A stretch of DNA of 64,000 nt. It comes from Nitrospirota bacterium (lineage in GTDB: Bacteria; Nitrospirota; UBA9217). A program made the translations under genes and the position numbers. The notes below the pieces were generated by a model that saw only the letters and a program-made list of their open reading frames with translations, ran no database searches and was not told the DNA's origin. This document shows positions 53,582-64,000 of the stretch, in pieces. The stretch is taken from contig CAWJQQ010000002.1 in NCBI GenBank assembly GCA_963845065.1, positions 320,001 to 384,000 on the forward strand, given 5' to 3'. How positions within the stretch are numbered: the stretch's first letter is position 1; each line of letters starts with the position of its first letter.

Positions 53582-53934
53582 CAATCGTACCCCTTTACAC
53601 ATTTTTGCCGCACGGGACACAGAGATAGTGCCGGAATGAACAAGATTGGATACCTTTCAAGGATAACGGCATTTATTATTTGCCATTCATGCTGCTAACG
53701 TTTTCTCCAAATCCTCAGCGAACGCTGTGGCTAATAGCATTTACGCTCCAAAACAGGCTGGATAATAGCATCTCATACAGCACAAAGTCAAGCGTCCGTT
53801 ACGGACTTAATGAATACGAACTTAGAGCTAACGGCCGACGACAAGGAATACAGGGGAGGTGAGCAGGGAGTGAATTCCGAGGGTGAAAAAAAAAGCGCAA
53901 TTCCTTTGAATAGCGCTAATGAGAGAATATATTA

Positions 53935-54962
53935 TGTGGGTGGCTGATTGACTCAAGTACCCCCAACCTGTAGTATGTATTCATGATTAAAGCCACTCCC
54001 AAGAGTCCGTATCCTAGAACCTTTGAGGAGTTTCTTGATTGGTTCGAAAGCGAAGAGGATTGTCTGCACTACCTTGAATGGGTGCGTTGGCCTAGTGGGT
54101 TTGTTTGTCCGCGATGTTCGGGTCAGAAAGCCTGGCGTACAGATCGCGGTTTGTGGCATTGTAGTGGCTGTCAAATGCAGACTTCGGTTACGGTCGGGAC
54201 GGTATTTGAAGGTACGCGTAAACCATTGCGCCTGTGGTTTCATGTTATGTGGATGATGATGGCACAAAAAACCGGTTTGAGCGCTCGAAATCTCTGTGAC
54301 ACTTATGGGTTCGGAAGCTACCAGACCGCTTGGGGCTGGTTGCAAAAGTTGCGTAGCGTAATGATTCGCAGTGGTCGTGAACGATTGTGTAGTCGTGTTG
54401 AAGTGGATGAGACTTACATTGGCGGACAGAAAGAGGGTGCGCGTGGACGAGGTGCGGCGAGCAAAACCATGGTTCTTGTTGCAGTGGAAGGAAATGCTGA
54501 TAAGCTGGGACGTGTACGTTTTCGATGTGTGAGCACTGCTGACGCAAACAGCATTGAGTCCTTTGTCGGGGACTATGTCGAACCCGGTACGGTAGTAGTC
54601 ACCGATGGATTGCCTTCCTACAATGGCATGAAAGCCGCAGGGTTCGATCATCGCGCCCATGTTATAGCAGCGGGCGGCGATGCAGCACGAGAACATCTTT
54701 ATCATGTTCACCTCGTTATCTCACTCGTGAAACGATGGCTGGTTGGCACCCATCAAGGTGCAGTGACACCAGCCCATCTTCAGTCATACTTGGATGAGTT
54801 TGCCTTTCGCTTCAACCGTCGTCTTTCCACTCATCGCGGCAAACTCTTTCATCGGTTGATCCAACAATCTGTGACTACACGGCCACCAGCAGTCAAAGCG
54901 CTATATGTCAAGAAACAAAACAACAACCTGTAGTGGTTACTTGATTAAGTCAGCCACCCACA
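53935..54962 (+). mobile_element. IS1595-family insertion sequence
   Basis: ~25-bp imperfect TIRs TGTGGGTGGCTGA.T.A.TCAAGTA; 8-bp TSD ATATATTA at 53927-53934 and 54963-54970. Confidence 0.93.
53983..54933 (+). CDS. IS1595-family transposase
   Basis: Zn ribbon CPRC..C..C, VEVDETY, TDG, YLDEFAFRFNRR. Confidence 0.93.
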   Translation: MIKATPKSPYPRTFEEFLDWFESEEDCLHYLEWVRWPSGFVCPRCSGQKAWRTDRGLWHCSGCQMQTSVTVGTVFEGTRKPLRLWFHVMWMMMAQKTGLSARNLCDTYGFGSYQTAWGWLQKLRSVMIRSGRERLCSRVEVDETYIGGQKEGARGRGAASKTMVLVAVEGNADKLGRVRFRCVSTADANSIESFVGDYVEPGTVVVTDGLPSYNGMKAAGFDHRAHVIAAGGDAAREHLYHVHLVISLVKRWLVGTHQGAVTPAHLQSYLDEFAFRFNRRLSTHRGKLFHRLIQQSVTTRPPAVKALYVKKQNNNL

Positions 54963-54967
54963 ATATA

Positions 54968-55213
54968 TTATGATTTTTTTGCGGCCTTCTGAAGTTTCTC
55001 GAGCTTTTCTGCTCCGACGCACTCCTTGGCGTAGGCGCACCACTCGATACAGGAAGAGCCGATGGGCCGTGCATTCAGGTGACCACACTTCTTACACTCG
55101 GTTTCGGGCTCGTCACTCCAAATTTCGATCTTTTCGCCGCACTTCTGGCACCGGATATCTTCCGGTTTCGGCGACCGTATTTCAGCGCTTCCTGGACAGC
55201 CTTCTTTAAACAT
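54968..55213 (-). CDS. Small Cys-rich Zn-ribbon protein
   Basis: CPG, CQKCG..EIWSDE...CKKCG, SCIEWC..AKEC. Confidence 0.8.
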   Translation of the reverse strand: MFKEGCPGSAEIRSPKPEDIRCQKCGEKIEIWSDEPETECKKCGHLNARPIGSSCIEWCAYAKECVGAEKLEKLQKAAKKS

Positions 55214-55292
55214 GATCTTACTCTACACAAATTGCATTACTATGGCTATGATATGCATCATAGTATGAATTTTTACAGAAAACCATTATTAC

Positions 55293-56088
55293 CTATAAAT
55301 ACCCTTTGGGCTGTGCCAGCGGTCCTGCAAAATAAGGATTCGACGACAGTAAGCCCGGAGCCATTCTTGGCGTGCAACTACGCTCCATATTTGACAGGAA
55401 TCTTTCAGTCAGAATATGAAGTACTGATTTAGTGCTTTTGTAAACGTTGATGACCGTATCAGAACTTCTGGCACGGTGATTACGAGCTCCGTTTACATCA
55501 GCATGAAATTCGGCGTTACAACATTTGCATTGAAATTGCGATTGAGTAATTCTATTGCCTTTATCCACATAGCCGCATGCAGAACATTCCTGAGATGAAT
55601 AGGCAGGGTCAGTTTCAGTGATCTTTATGCCGAAAGTCGATTTTAGAGATTCAAGCTTGGTGTTGACTATGGATTTCCCAAATCTCGATATAGGCCGATT
55701 TATTCGTCTTGAAAGCTCGGGGCTTCCGAATTCAAGGCGCTCTACAATGAGTTCCGCAGGTTTGTGAATGTCAACGGCGCGGTTCAATACCCGGTTAATC
55801 TAGTTTTTCATGAATTCTCGGAGATTGACGACTAAATTTATCGTAGTGTGGTGACCGGGTTTTAACCCTTGCCGTTGCCTATTGACATGTCTGCTTATAA
55901 CGTGCGCTGAGCAGAGATTTAATATGCTTGATATCGTAGTTTTTATCAAAAGCTCCATGTTTGTGCAATATCACCCATTGCTCGGACGCTATCAAAGCAG
56001 CAAGTTCACGGTATGACTTAACCACCTTCACAACTTCTTTTACTTTGCCAGAATTGGCGAAATGCTTAAGCTCATGGGCCTTAATCAT
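55293..56088 (-). pseudogene. tnpB: Disrupted tnpB (N-terminal and RuvC-II/Zn-finger/RuvC-III fragments)
   Basis: 55879-56088 N-terminal fragment; 55293-55787 has VERL, PAYSSQECSACG, CKCC, ADVNGARN; stops and a deletion between them, RuvC-I missing. Confidence 0.8.
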
Positions 56089-56262
56089 CCTTATGCCCCA
56101 TCATAATTTTGGATGGCTTAAATTGCCGACAGGATAATAATTCCGTGCAGTTTTGTATATAACACTATTTTTGGATAAGCAGATAAGCTTGTTTGGCATA
56201 TATTAGCACAAAAATATACAAATTAATATATTAATTGTAGATTATTGATAACTTCAGCGAGC

Positions 56263-57063
56263 TTAATTCTTGACCGTCTCTTTTACGGCATCGATGATCT
56301 CAATTTTAAAATTATAGGGAATTATTGCCCGGTCGACTTCCACCGGGATAAAGAGATTGAACGACTGCCCCTTGAGGCCTGCAGCAACGTCGCTGTAGAG
56401 CGGGAACAGTGAGTGAATATCGTATCCCTTTCTTTGTGGGGAAAGAAACACGTTGGCGATCGGTATCACATCCTCCTTTATCGAACTCTTCGCCAGAACA
56501 ATCTGATCCGGGAGCGGATTATTCCTGTCCGGAAATCGGACAGTTGAAGACATAATCCGATGTGCCTGGTTGTTCACATCGCTGTACTCGGATCGATCCC
56601 ATAGAATCTTGACATCATGATCGGTCAGGTTGCTAAAGCTCATGTCGAACGACTGATCTCCTATCGAGAAGGCTATCGCAATGACTCCGTCCCGAAACCG
56701 CAGTTCATTTGATATCTCAGGGGCCGTCATCCGGTATTTGAGGCTGTACTTCACCAGGTTCTGGATAATTTGTTCCAGCCGGATGTTGAGTGTTTCGCCC
56801 GCTTTGATGTCCTTTAGCGCGATTATCTTTGGTTGATAATTTTCTCTTTGCACTTCGAGAATCGCTTTTGATGCAAGCGCGGGATCGCTGGGCACTTTAA
56901 CCGTCACCGCAGCCGGTGAGCTAAACTTCTGTTCCTTCAAGTCCGAACCGGAGATGACCTTGATGACCGAGTCAGGCGGATCGGCGAAAACTTTGAAGTT
57001 TATCGTGGCAGGACTTGTACAACCAGTTGCAAGAATCGCTGCAAGTAGAACAAATAGTCTCAT
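56263..57063 (-). CDS. Hypothetical lipoprotein
   Basis: Lipobox LATGC; GAGGAGG RBS. Confidence 0.75.
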   Translation of the reverse strand: MRLFVLLAAILATGCTSPATINFKVFADPPDSVIKVISGSDLKEQKFSSPAAVTVKVPSDPALASKAILEVQRENYQPKIIALKDIKAGETLNIRLEQIIQNLVKYSLKYRMTAPEISNELRFRDGVIAIAFSIGDQSFDMSFSNLTDHDVKILWDRSEYSDVNNQAHRIMSSTVRFPDRNNPLPDQIVLAKSSIKEDVIPIANVFLSPQRKGYDIHSLFPLYSDVAAGLKGQSFNLFIPVEVDRAIIPYNFKIEIIDAVKETVKN

Positions 57064-57136
57064 AAATCCCTCCTCAACATCGTAGCAGCATTTGAGTCGT
57101 ATAGTAGCATCTCCAGCAGCTGCTGTCACGAAAAGC

Positions 57137-58354
57137 TCATTGCAGCATCACGTCGAACGCCAGCTCTTTGTCGCCAAGCAGAAAACGTTTCCGCATCACC
57201 TTAACTTTGATGGCCTCATCATGGCGCATGTAAAATAGCACAATCTTGATCTCGGCCATTGTGTGTACAGGTAAATTGTCAAGTGCAACGATAACATCCC
57301 CGACTCTGATGCCCGCCTTCTGGGAAACGCTGTCCGAGGGAAAATCCGTAATCACGACCTTCCCGCCCTCGTCTTTAAACATGACCATCAGTTTAGGTGC
57401 AGTCTCGCCTTCGATCGCCTCGGGGAATATCAGGTAGTCGCCAATGCCCCGGTCAACATCAGCGTCGTTCAGGATCGTCGCATACTCATATCCATTGAGC
57501 CGAAAAGCCCGCTTGGGAATTCCCGAGCCATAGGACAGGTGTCCTGAGCCTGCAATTACGATCACCTGGCGTGAGGGGTTCTTCCGCATATACTCATCAA
57601 GGGACAGTGCCATGGTCTCGTCCCAGAGTACCTGTGCTTCATAAAAGAATTCAAAATTTTTTTCACCTGAGTCTTTATGCTCCGCAAAGACCTGTTTCAG
57701 ACGATCGCGGTAGCCGTCGTCAGACAAATCCAGCTGTTGCGGGATTTCTTTTTTTTCATCGACAGATAAGGAATCTTTTCCACCCTTCGCTACTTTACCG
57801 GTGATTTCCCCCCTCACATTCAAGGCAACTATCGGGATTTTCTCGGCACGTGCAAAGTCGAGGATAGGTTTGTACAAATTGAAATCATAAACCCAACGCG
57901 AAAAGTATTCCGACTTCTTCAGGAACTCACGTTCCCCGATTGCGCCGCTGATATAGTCATCCAGCACCTGCTGGAAAGGCCGCTGGAACATCTCCATACC
58001 AATGGCAATCGAAGGGTTCTTTTTGAACAGGCCCTCGATGACTTGCAGCTCGACCTCATGGTTGCTGAAGCGGTCGTGGTATTCCCCCACGTAAACGATC
58101 TTTTTACTGGCAACCTGATCAATGACCCAGGGAAGCGCCTTGAGTCCCGCCATATCGATGGCTACGGGATCCGTTCTCGGTTCCATTTTCTTTTCCCTCA
58201 CGGAATCGATGGTTTTTTTTGAAGTCGCTCCCCGTAAGCCAGCGGGCGGAGAGTTGGTTTCATTGGATGAGGCCGTGCACTCGTTTGCCCCGAGGGTGAG
58301 AACAAGCAGGGTGGTCAATATAGCAATCTTGACAGTAACGCATTGTTTTTTCAT
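57137..58354 (-). CDS. ChaN-family protein with C-terminal PDZ domain
   Basis: VGEYHD, GMEMF, AQ.LWDETMA, AGSGH; PDZ AGIRVGDVI. Confidence 0.85.
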   Translation of the reverse strand: MKKQCVTVKIAILTTLLVLTLGANECTASSNETNSPPAGLRGATSKKTIDSVREKKMEPRTDPVAIDMAGLKALPWVIDQVASKKIVYVGEYHDRFSNHEVELQVIEGLFKKNPSIAIGMEMFQRPFQQVLDDYISGAIGEREFLKKSEYFSRWVYDFNLYKPILDFARAEKIPIVALNVRGEITGKVAKGGKDSLSVDEKKEIPQQLDLSDDGYRDRLKQVFAEHKDSGEKNFEFFYEAQVLWDETMALSLDEYMRKNPSRQVIVIAGSGHLSYGSGIPKRAFRLNGYEYATILNDADVDRGIGDYLIFPEAIEGETAPKLMVMFKDEGGKVVITDFPSDSVSQKAGIRVGDVIVALDNLPVHTMAEIKIVLFYMRHDEAIKVKVMRKRFLLGDKELAFDVMLQ

Positions 58355-58453
58355 GAATTACCAAAATGAAAATTGAAATAGTGTCATCATATTACCAGAA
58401 AATGAGCGGGTTGGCTATGTTCCTGTCATATCTATTTAGGAAAATCGATATTC

Positions 58454-58505
58454 TGGACGCTCTTCATGATTAAAACCATGGTCTTTCTGTGTATTTTCCA
58501 GTAAA
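58454..58505 (-). repeat. Mini-element related to the left end of the tnpB element (TTTAC family)
   Basis: Minus strand TTTAC|TGGAAAATACACAGAAAGACCATGGTTTTAATCATGAAGAGCGTCCA. Confidence 0.6.
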
Positions 58506-58752
58506 ATTAGACCGTGGAATTAGCACGAATTAATTACTCGGGGATTAGCTCCTGGCGCTACAGGAACCCTATAACATTGCAAATTTTTTGCTAATATCTC
58601 TATTCCCCTGTTGTATTTTTGCGACTTTTTATAAGATGCTTTTTTTTGTAATGATTATTTGTAATGATAAATAGACTTGAATTTGCTTTAATAGATATCT
58701 ATAATAGTTCTTTAGCTACAGATTCCGGACATCAAGAGGGAGATTTTCGAAT

Positions 58753-59337
58753 ATGGCTGCAAAAAAGAGTGCCAAGAAGAAAGCTACCAAACCGGTCAAA
58801 AAGAACGTAGTAAGGAAATCGACCAACAGAAAAACGGTAAAAGTCGCAAAGAAAACCGTTAAAAAGGCTGTTAAAAAGGCGACCCGCAGAATGCCCCCTG
58901 CCGACAAGACCGCTGAAACGAAACCCGTTAGAATTTCGTCAGCCTTGCTAAAGCGTCACGAACTCCTGAAAAAAATACTTCTGAAAAAGCGGAACGAAGT
59001 GGTAGACGGCCTCGAAGCGCAGATGGGCCGTAGGCTTACGAGGGACATGGGCCAAAAGATCGACTCCGCTATGGATACCGCTGATCAGTCAGCACTGGAC
59101 GTCGATCAGGGAATCGACTCTTCCCTGTTGGAAATGAAGTACGAGCAGTACAAGGACATCGCCGACGCCTTTCGTAAACTCCAGAACAAAACATTTGGTC
59201 TCTGCGAGGAATGCGGCGAAGAGATCGACATCAAACGGCTCGAAGTGAACCCCCTCGCTCGGTTTTGCATATCCTGCAAGATGAAAAAAGAGGAAATTGA
59301 ACGTATCCAGAAAGAGGAAACGAGGTTCAAGGAGTAG
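58753..59337 (+). CDS. TraR/DksA C4-type zinc finger protein with Lys-rich N-terminus
   Basis: DTAD coiled-coil tip; CEECGEEI..RL..NP.A..CISC. Confidence 0.88.
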   Translation: MAAKKSAKKKATKPVKKNVVRKSTNRKTVKVAKKTVKKAVKKATRRMPPADKTAETKPVRISSALLKRHELLKKILLKKRNEVVDGLEAQMGRRLTRDMGQKIDSAMDTADQSALDVDQGIDSSLLEMKYEQYKDIADAFRKLQNKTFGLCEECGEEIDIKRLEVNPLARFCISCKMKKEEIERIQKEETRFKE

Positions 59338-59396
59338 GGACTTCATTAATACTGAAACCCAACTTAAGCAATCCGCGGGTCTGAGGTAGCATGGTC

Positions 59397-59994
59397 TTGA
59401 CATCCTCCCAGTCGGAAGGCAGCGGATTCCCGAATCAGAGTCTACTACTACTGAGAGCCAATGCTGATTTTGTTTTCGAATGCGGCAGATGTGTTTGCCA
59501 CGTTCCCGATTCATGGGCTGATGTTGCTGACCCGGTATTTTTCCTGGCGAACCGGCTGTCCGAAAGCTGTGCCATACAACCACTACTCCAATAGTCACTT
59601 ATTTGCCCCGGGTGATACTTTTTTACAGATTCAACATTTACAATGGCACCCAGTTTTGCCCTCTCTTTAATAATAGTTCTTAAGGTTCTCTACGTTGGGA
59701 ATAGAGATATAACACGAGCATTCGCATCGCGAATTAAGTTCGTTGGCAAAATTATGAATGAGGTGTAATTTCGGTTCTTAGTAGGCAAAAGCTTTACCCG
59801 GCAACCTTCTTGCCAGAACACCATACTTTCAGTTTCAAAGAACAAAACAGGGAGTGGCTTTCCGACTGTTTTGTTGATAATATCAAGCAGGTCAACAATT
59901 GACAGCCTAATACTAAATCAATATTTCTCGTATTCCTTGGCAACCAGCGCCTTATATTCCCGCCCTAAAGAGACGGGGTTTTAGGCGCTGAAGA
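59397..59994 (-). mobile_element. Decayed IS200/IS605 element (TTTAT family)
   Basis: LE TTTAT|TCTTCAGCGCCTAAAACCCCGTCTCTTTAGGGCGGGAATATAAGGCGC; RE ...GGGAGGATGTCAA; no intact ORF inside. Confidence 0.6.
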
Positions 59995-60098
59995 ATAAAG
60001 ATGAGCACGGTTTTCAACAAGCCGTATGGTCTTGTTTCAAACCGTAGACGGTGAAGCTGCTTTTAGTTTATCATGGTCCTGAACAGTTACGGTTTTTC

Positions 60099-60127
60099 TT
60101 GACAAAAAGGCAGCAATCCAGTATCGT
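60099..60127 (+). promoter_or_regulatory. Promoter of tRNA-Met
   Basis: TTGACA-N17-TATCGT. Confidence 0.6.
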
Positions 60128-60147
60128 ATGCCACTGAATTTTCTCGG

Positions 60148-60223
60148 GGCGGTGTAGCTCAGCTGGTAGAGCAGGGGAATCATAATCCCTGTGTCCGGGG
60201 TTCGAGTCCCTGCACCGCCACCA
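60148..60223 (+). tRNA. tRNA-Met(CAT), elongator type
   Basis: GGCGGTG/CACCGCC acceptor stem with paired 1:72, CAT anticodon, GGTTCGAGTCC, CCA. Confidence 0.92.
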
Positions 60224-60261
60224 TTTTTTTCTTCCCTCACTGAGCTCATTTTCCCTTTTTC

Positions 60262-61641
60262 ATGCTGCTTAATAAAACCAAAGAGATTATCAGGCGCTTT
60301 TGCATGCTGAAACCTGGAGACCGGGTCGTTATCTCCGTCTCGGGCGGGCCGGACTCGGTGTGCCTTCTCTCCATCCTCCACGCTCTTTCCGCAGAATTGA
60401 AAATATCCCTGCATATTGCCCATCTCGATCATATGTTCCGCGGGAAGGAGTCATCAGATGAAGCACGCTTCGTGGACAACCTAGCCAGGAAGATGGGCAT
60501 TCATGCCACAATCGAGCATATCGACGTGCCTGCCTTCTGCAGCGCACACGGCCTATCGCCCCAAGTGGGAGCACGCGAGGTCCGTTACTCGTTCTTAAAC
60601 CGGGTCGCTCAGGCAACAGGTGCCATCCGAATCGCAACAGGACATACTGCCACGGACCAGGCGGAAACGTTCCTGATGCGTCTCCTTCGCGGAGCCGGTA
60701 CTGCGGGCCTCTCGGCCATTCCACCTGTTCGGGGCAACATCATCAGACCACTTATCGAATCAACACGAGACGAGATTCTGGAATATCTCCGGGCTGCCAG
60801 CATCACGTTCGTGACCGATCCCTCAAATGCTAAATCTCTTTACATGAGAAATAGAATCAGGCTGGAGCTCATGCCGGTTTTAAAACAGTACAATCCCCGC
60901 ATTGAAGAAACACTCGCATCAGAGGCCGGCTTGCTTCGCGACGAGGACGAGGCGACTACTGTGTACCTTGAAACCGTAATGCAATGCATCCTCACAAAAG
61001 ATAAAGATGTCGTCACCTTGATGAGGGATAAATTCAACGCCTTGCCTCTTGCGTTTCGGCGCAGGATTTTCAGAACCAGCACAACCACGGTCGGCCTGAA
61101 ACCATCGGAAATGTCCTTGGCCCAGACCGACGAAGCGCTCGCGTTCATGACGACATCACAATCAGGCAGGTCCTTGAGCTTGCCCGGTGGTCTTACGCTC
61201 GGGCGAGAGTATGATCAGTTCATCATCAGCGCGGCTCATGTTCCGCAGAATTTTTCCTATGTGCTTACTCTTCCGGGAACTACAATAATTGCCGAGCTCG
61301 GCATGGCGGTGGAGACGCAGCTCATGGAAAAAAGGGGCGTATATCCAGCTGGAGAAAATAATCTCTGGCAGGCAATGTTCGATTATGATAAGATAAGTCC
61401 GTTTTTGACTATCAGAAATAGACGTCCGGGCGACACGTTCTGCCCTTCGGGCATGGGAGGAAGGAGCAAAAAGCTTCAGGACTATCTGGTCAACAAAAAA
61501 ATCCCGCGACGGCTGCGGGACAGGATTCCTCTCCTCTATTCGGGAGCGGACCTCATTTGGGTTGTGGGATTCAGGACGGATTTCCGGTTTCTACCGGGTC
61601 CGGACATGAAGCGTGCACTAGTCGTAAGCGTAAAAAGATGA
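60262..61641 (+). CDS. tilS: tRNA(Ile)-lysidine synthetase
   Basis: SGGPDS PP-loop, ATGHT..DQAET, RPL, RNRIR. Confidence 0.95.
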   Translation: MLLNKTKEIIRRFCMLKPGDRVVISVSGGPDSVCLLSILHALSAELKISLHIAHLDHMFRGKESSDEARFVDNLARKMGIHATIEHIDVPAFCSAHGLSPQVGAREVRYSFLNRVAQATGAIRIATGHTATDQAETFLMRLLRGAGTAGLSAIPPVRGNIIRPLIESTRDEILEYLRAASITFVTDPSNAKSLYMRNRIRLELMPVLKQYNPRIEETLASEAGLLRDEDEATTVYLETVMQCILTKDKDVVTLMRDKFNALPLAFRRRIFRTSTTTVGLKPSEMSLAQTDEALAFMTTSQSGRSLSLPGGLTLGREYDQFIISAAHVPQNFSYVLTLPGTTIIAELGMAVETQLMEKRGVYPAGENNLWQAMFDYDKISPFLTIRNRRPGDTFCPSGMGGRSKKLQDYLVNKKIPRRLRDRIPLLYSGADLIWVVGFRTDFRFLPGPDMKRALVVSVKR

Positions 61642-61734
61642 CAAAGACGATGCAAGAAAGGGAAAATATCCTGTACATTGCCTCGTGCAACAAGTTGTCC
61701 CGCTAGCATATCAGCAGTCTTCAAGGAGGAACTC

Positions 61735-62265
61735 ATGGTAGGTATTGATTTCGGCAAACCCCTTTTTACGAGTGAAGAAATTCAACGAAAGATCCAAGAA
61801 CTCGGTTCGAGACTCTCTGCAGATTATGCCGAGAAGGACCTACTTGTCGTCGGCGTGCTTAAGGGCGCCATATTTTTCATGTCCGATCTGCTGCGTTCGC
61901 TGAAGATCTCTGTCCGGATGGATTTCATCCACTGCACAAGTTCAAAAGGCAGCCATCCTGTCCAGATCATCGCCGACATGAAAGAGGACATTAAGAGAAA
62001 AGACGTCCTTCTTGTGGAGGACATCATGGACTCGGGAGTTACCATCGATTTCGTGAAGAAAATGCTCTTGGAACGTGGTCCTGCATCACTCAAAGTCTGC
62101 GTGCTCTTGGATAAGACGGGAAGACGGAAAGTGCAGATCGAGGCAGACTATGCCGGATTTCGCATACCGAACAAGTATGTCGTCGGCTACGGTTTGGATT
62201 ATAAAGACCGGTACAGAAATTTGCCGTATATCGCCGTACTCCCATATGAGGAACGACAGGGATAA
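61735..62265 (+). CDS. hpt: Hypoxanthine phosphoribosyltransferase
   Basis: VLKGA..F..DL, VLLVEDIMDSG.T, VVGYGLDY...YRNLPYI. Confidence 0.95.
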   Translation: MVGIDFGKPLFTSEEIQRKIQELGSRLSADYAEKDLLVVGVLKGAIFFMSDLLRSLKISVRMDFIHCTSSKGSHPVQIIADMKEDIKRKDVLLVEDIMDSGVTIDFVKKMLLERGPASLKVCVLLDKTGRRKVQIEADYAGFRIPNKYVVGYGLDYKDRYRNLPYIAVLPYEERQG

Positions 62266-62384
62266 CCTACCCGAAATACCCTCAATTACAAGGATAAATC
62301 TGTTGTCACACTGTCTACAATATGTTAATATAAAAGAATTCCGGCAGGCTTGAACGCCTGACGGCTATTCAGGAGGTTTCCTTC

Positions 62385-64000
<1,616 letters not shown>

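Noticed and set aside
59350..59396. c-di-GMP-I riboswitch-like GCAATCCGCGGGTCTGAGG
   Set aside because: No GNRA P2 stem or closing P1, and it is not upstream of a gene.
60148..60223. tRNA-Ile2(CAT), suggested by the adjacent tilS
   Set aside because: The GGCGGTG acceptor stem lacks the C4/C5 TilS determinants known from E. coli and looks like elongator Met; not fully excluded.

Overview
Bacterial chromosomal window. The gene content suggests an anaerobic diderm, plausibly Nitrospirota or Desulfobacterota-like (inference). Housekeeping genes: transketolase N-subunit, tRNA-Leu(CAA), iorAB-mocA-like molybdoenzyme cluster, gap-pgk-tpiA-secG, ABC transporters, mgtA, dcd, a three-gene split glutamate synthase, tolQRAB, two moeA genes, trxB, dnaJ-hspR-clpB, aspS, dksA-like, tRNA-Met(CAT), tilS-hpt-ftsH (ftsH runs off the end). 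The intergenic DNA carries many IS200/IS605-family derivatives: one intact tnpB-only element, several decayed tnpB elements, ~45-50 bp fused-end mini-elements, and two diverged copies of a ~385-bp protein-free element whose interior shows structure-preserving substitutions (candidate stand-alone omegaRNA). An intact IS1595 element has TIRs and an 8-bp TSD. Two small genes are missing from the ORF track: a 55-aa dual-CxxC protein with in-frame TGA and a SECIS-like hairpin (probable selenoprotein), and a 46-aa Arg-rich peptide. No CRISPR array or rRNA was seen. All calls come from reading the sequence by eye; no searches were run.
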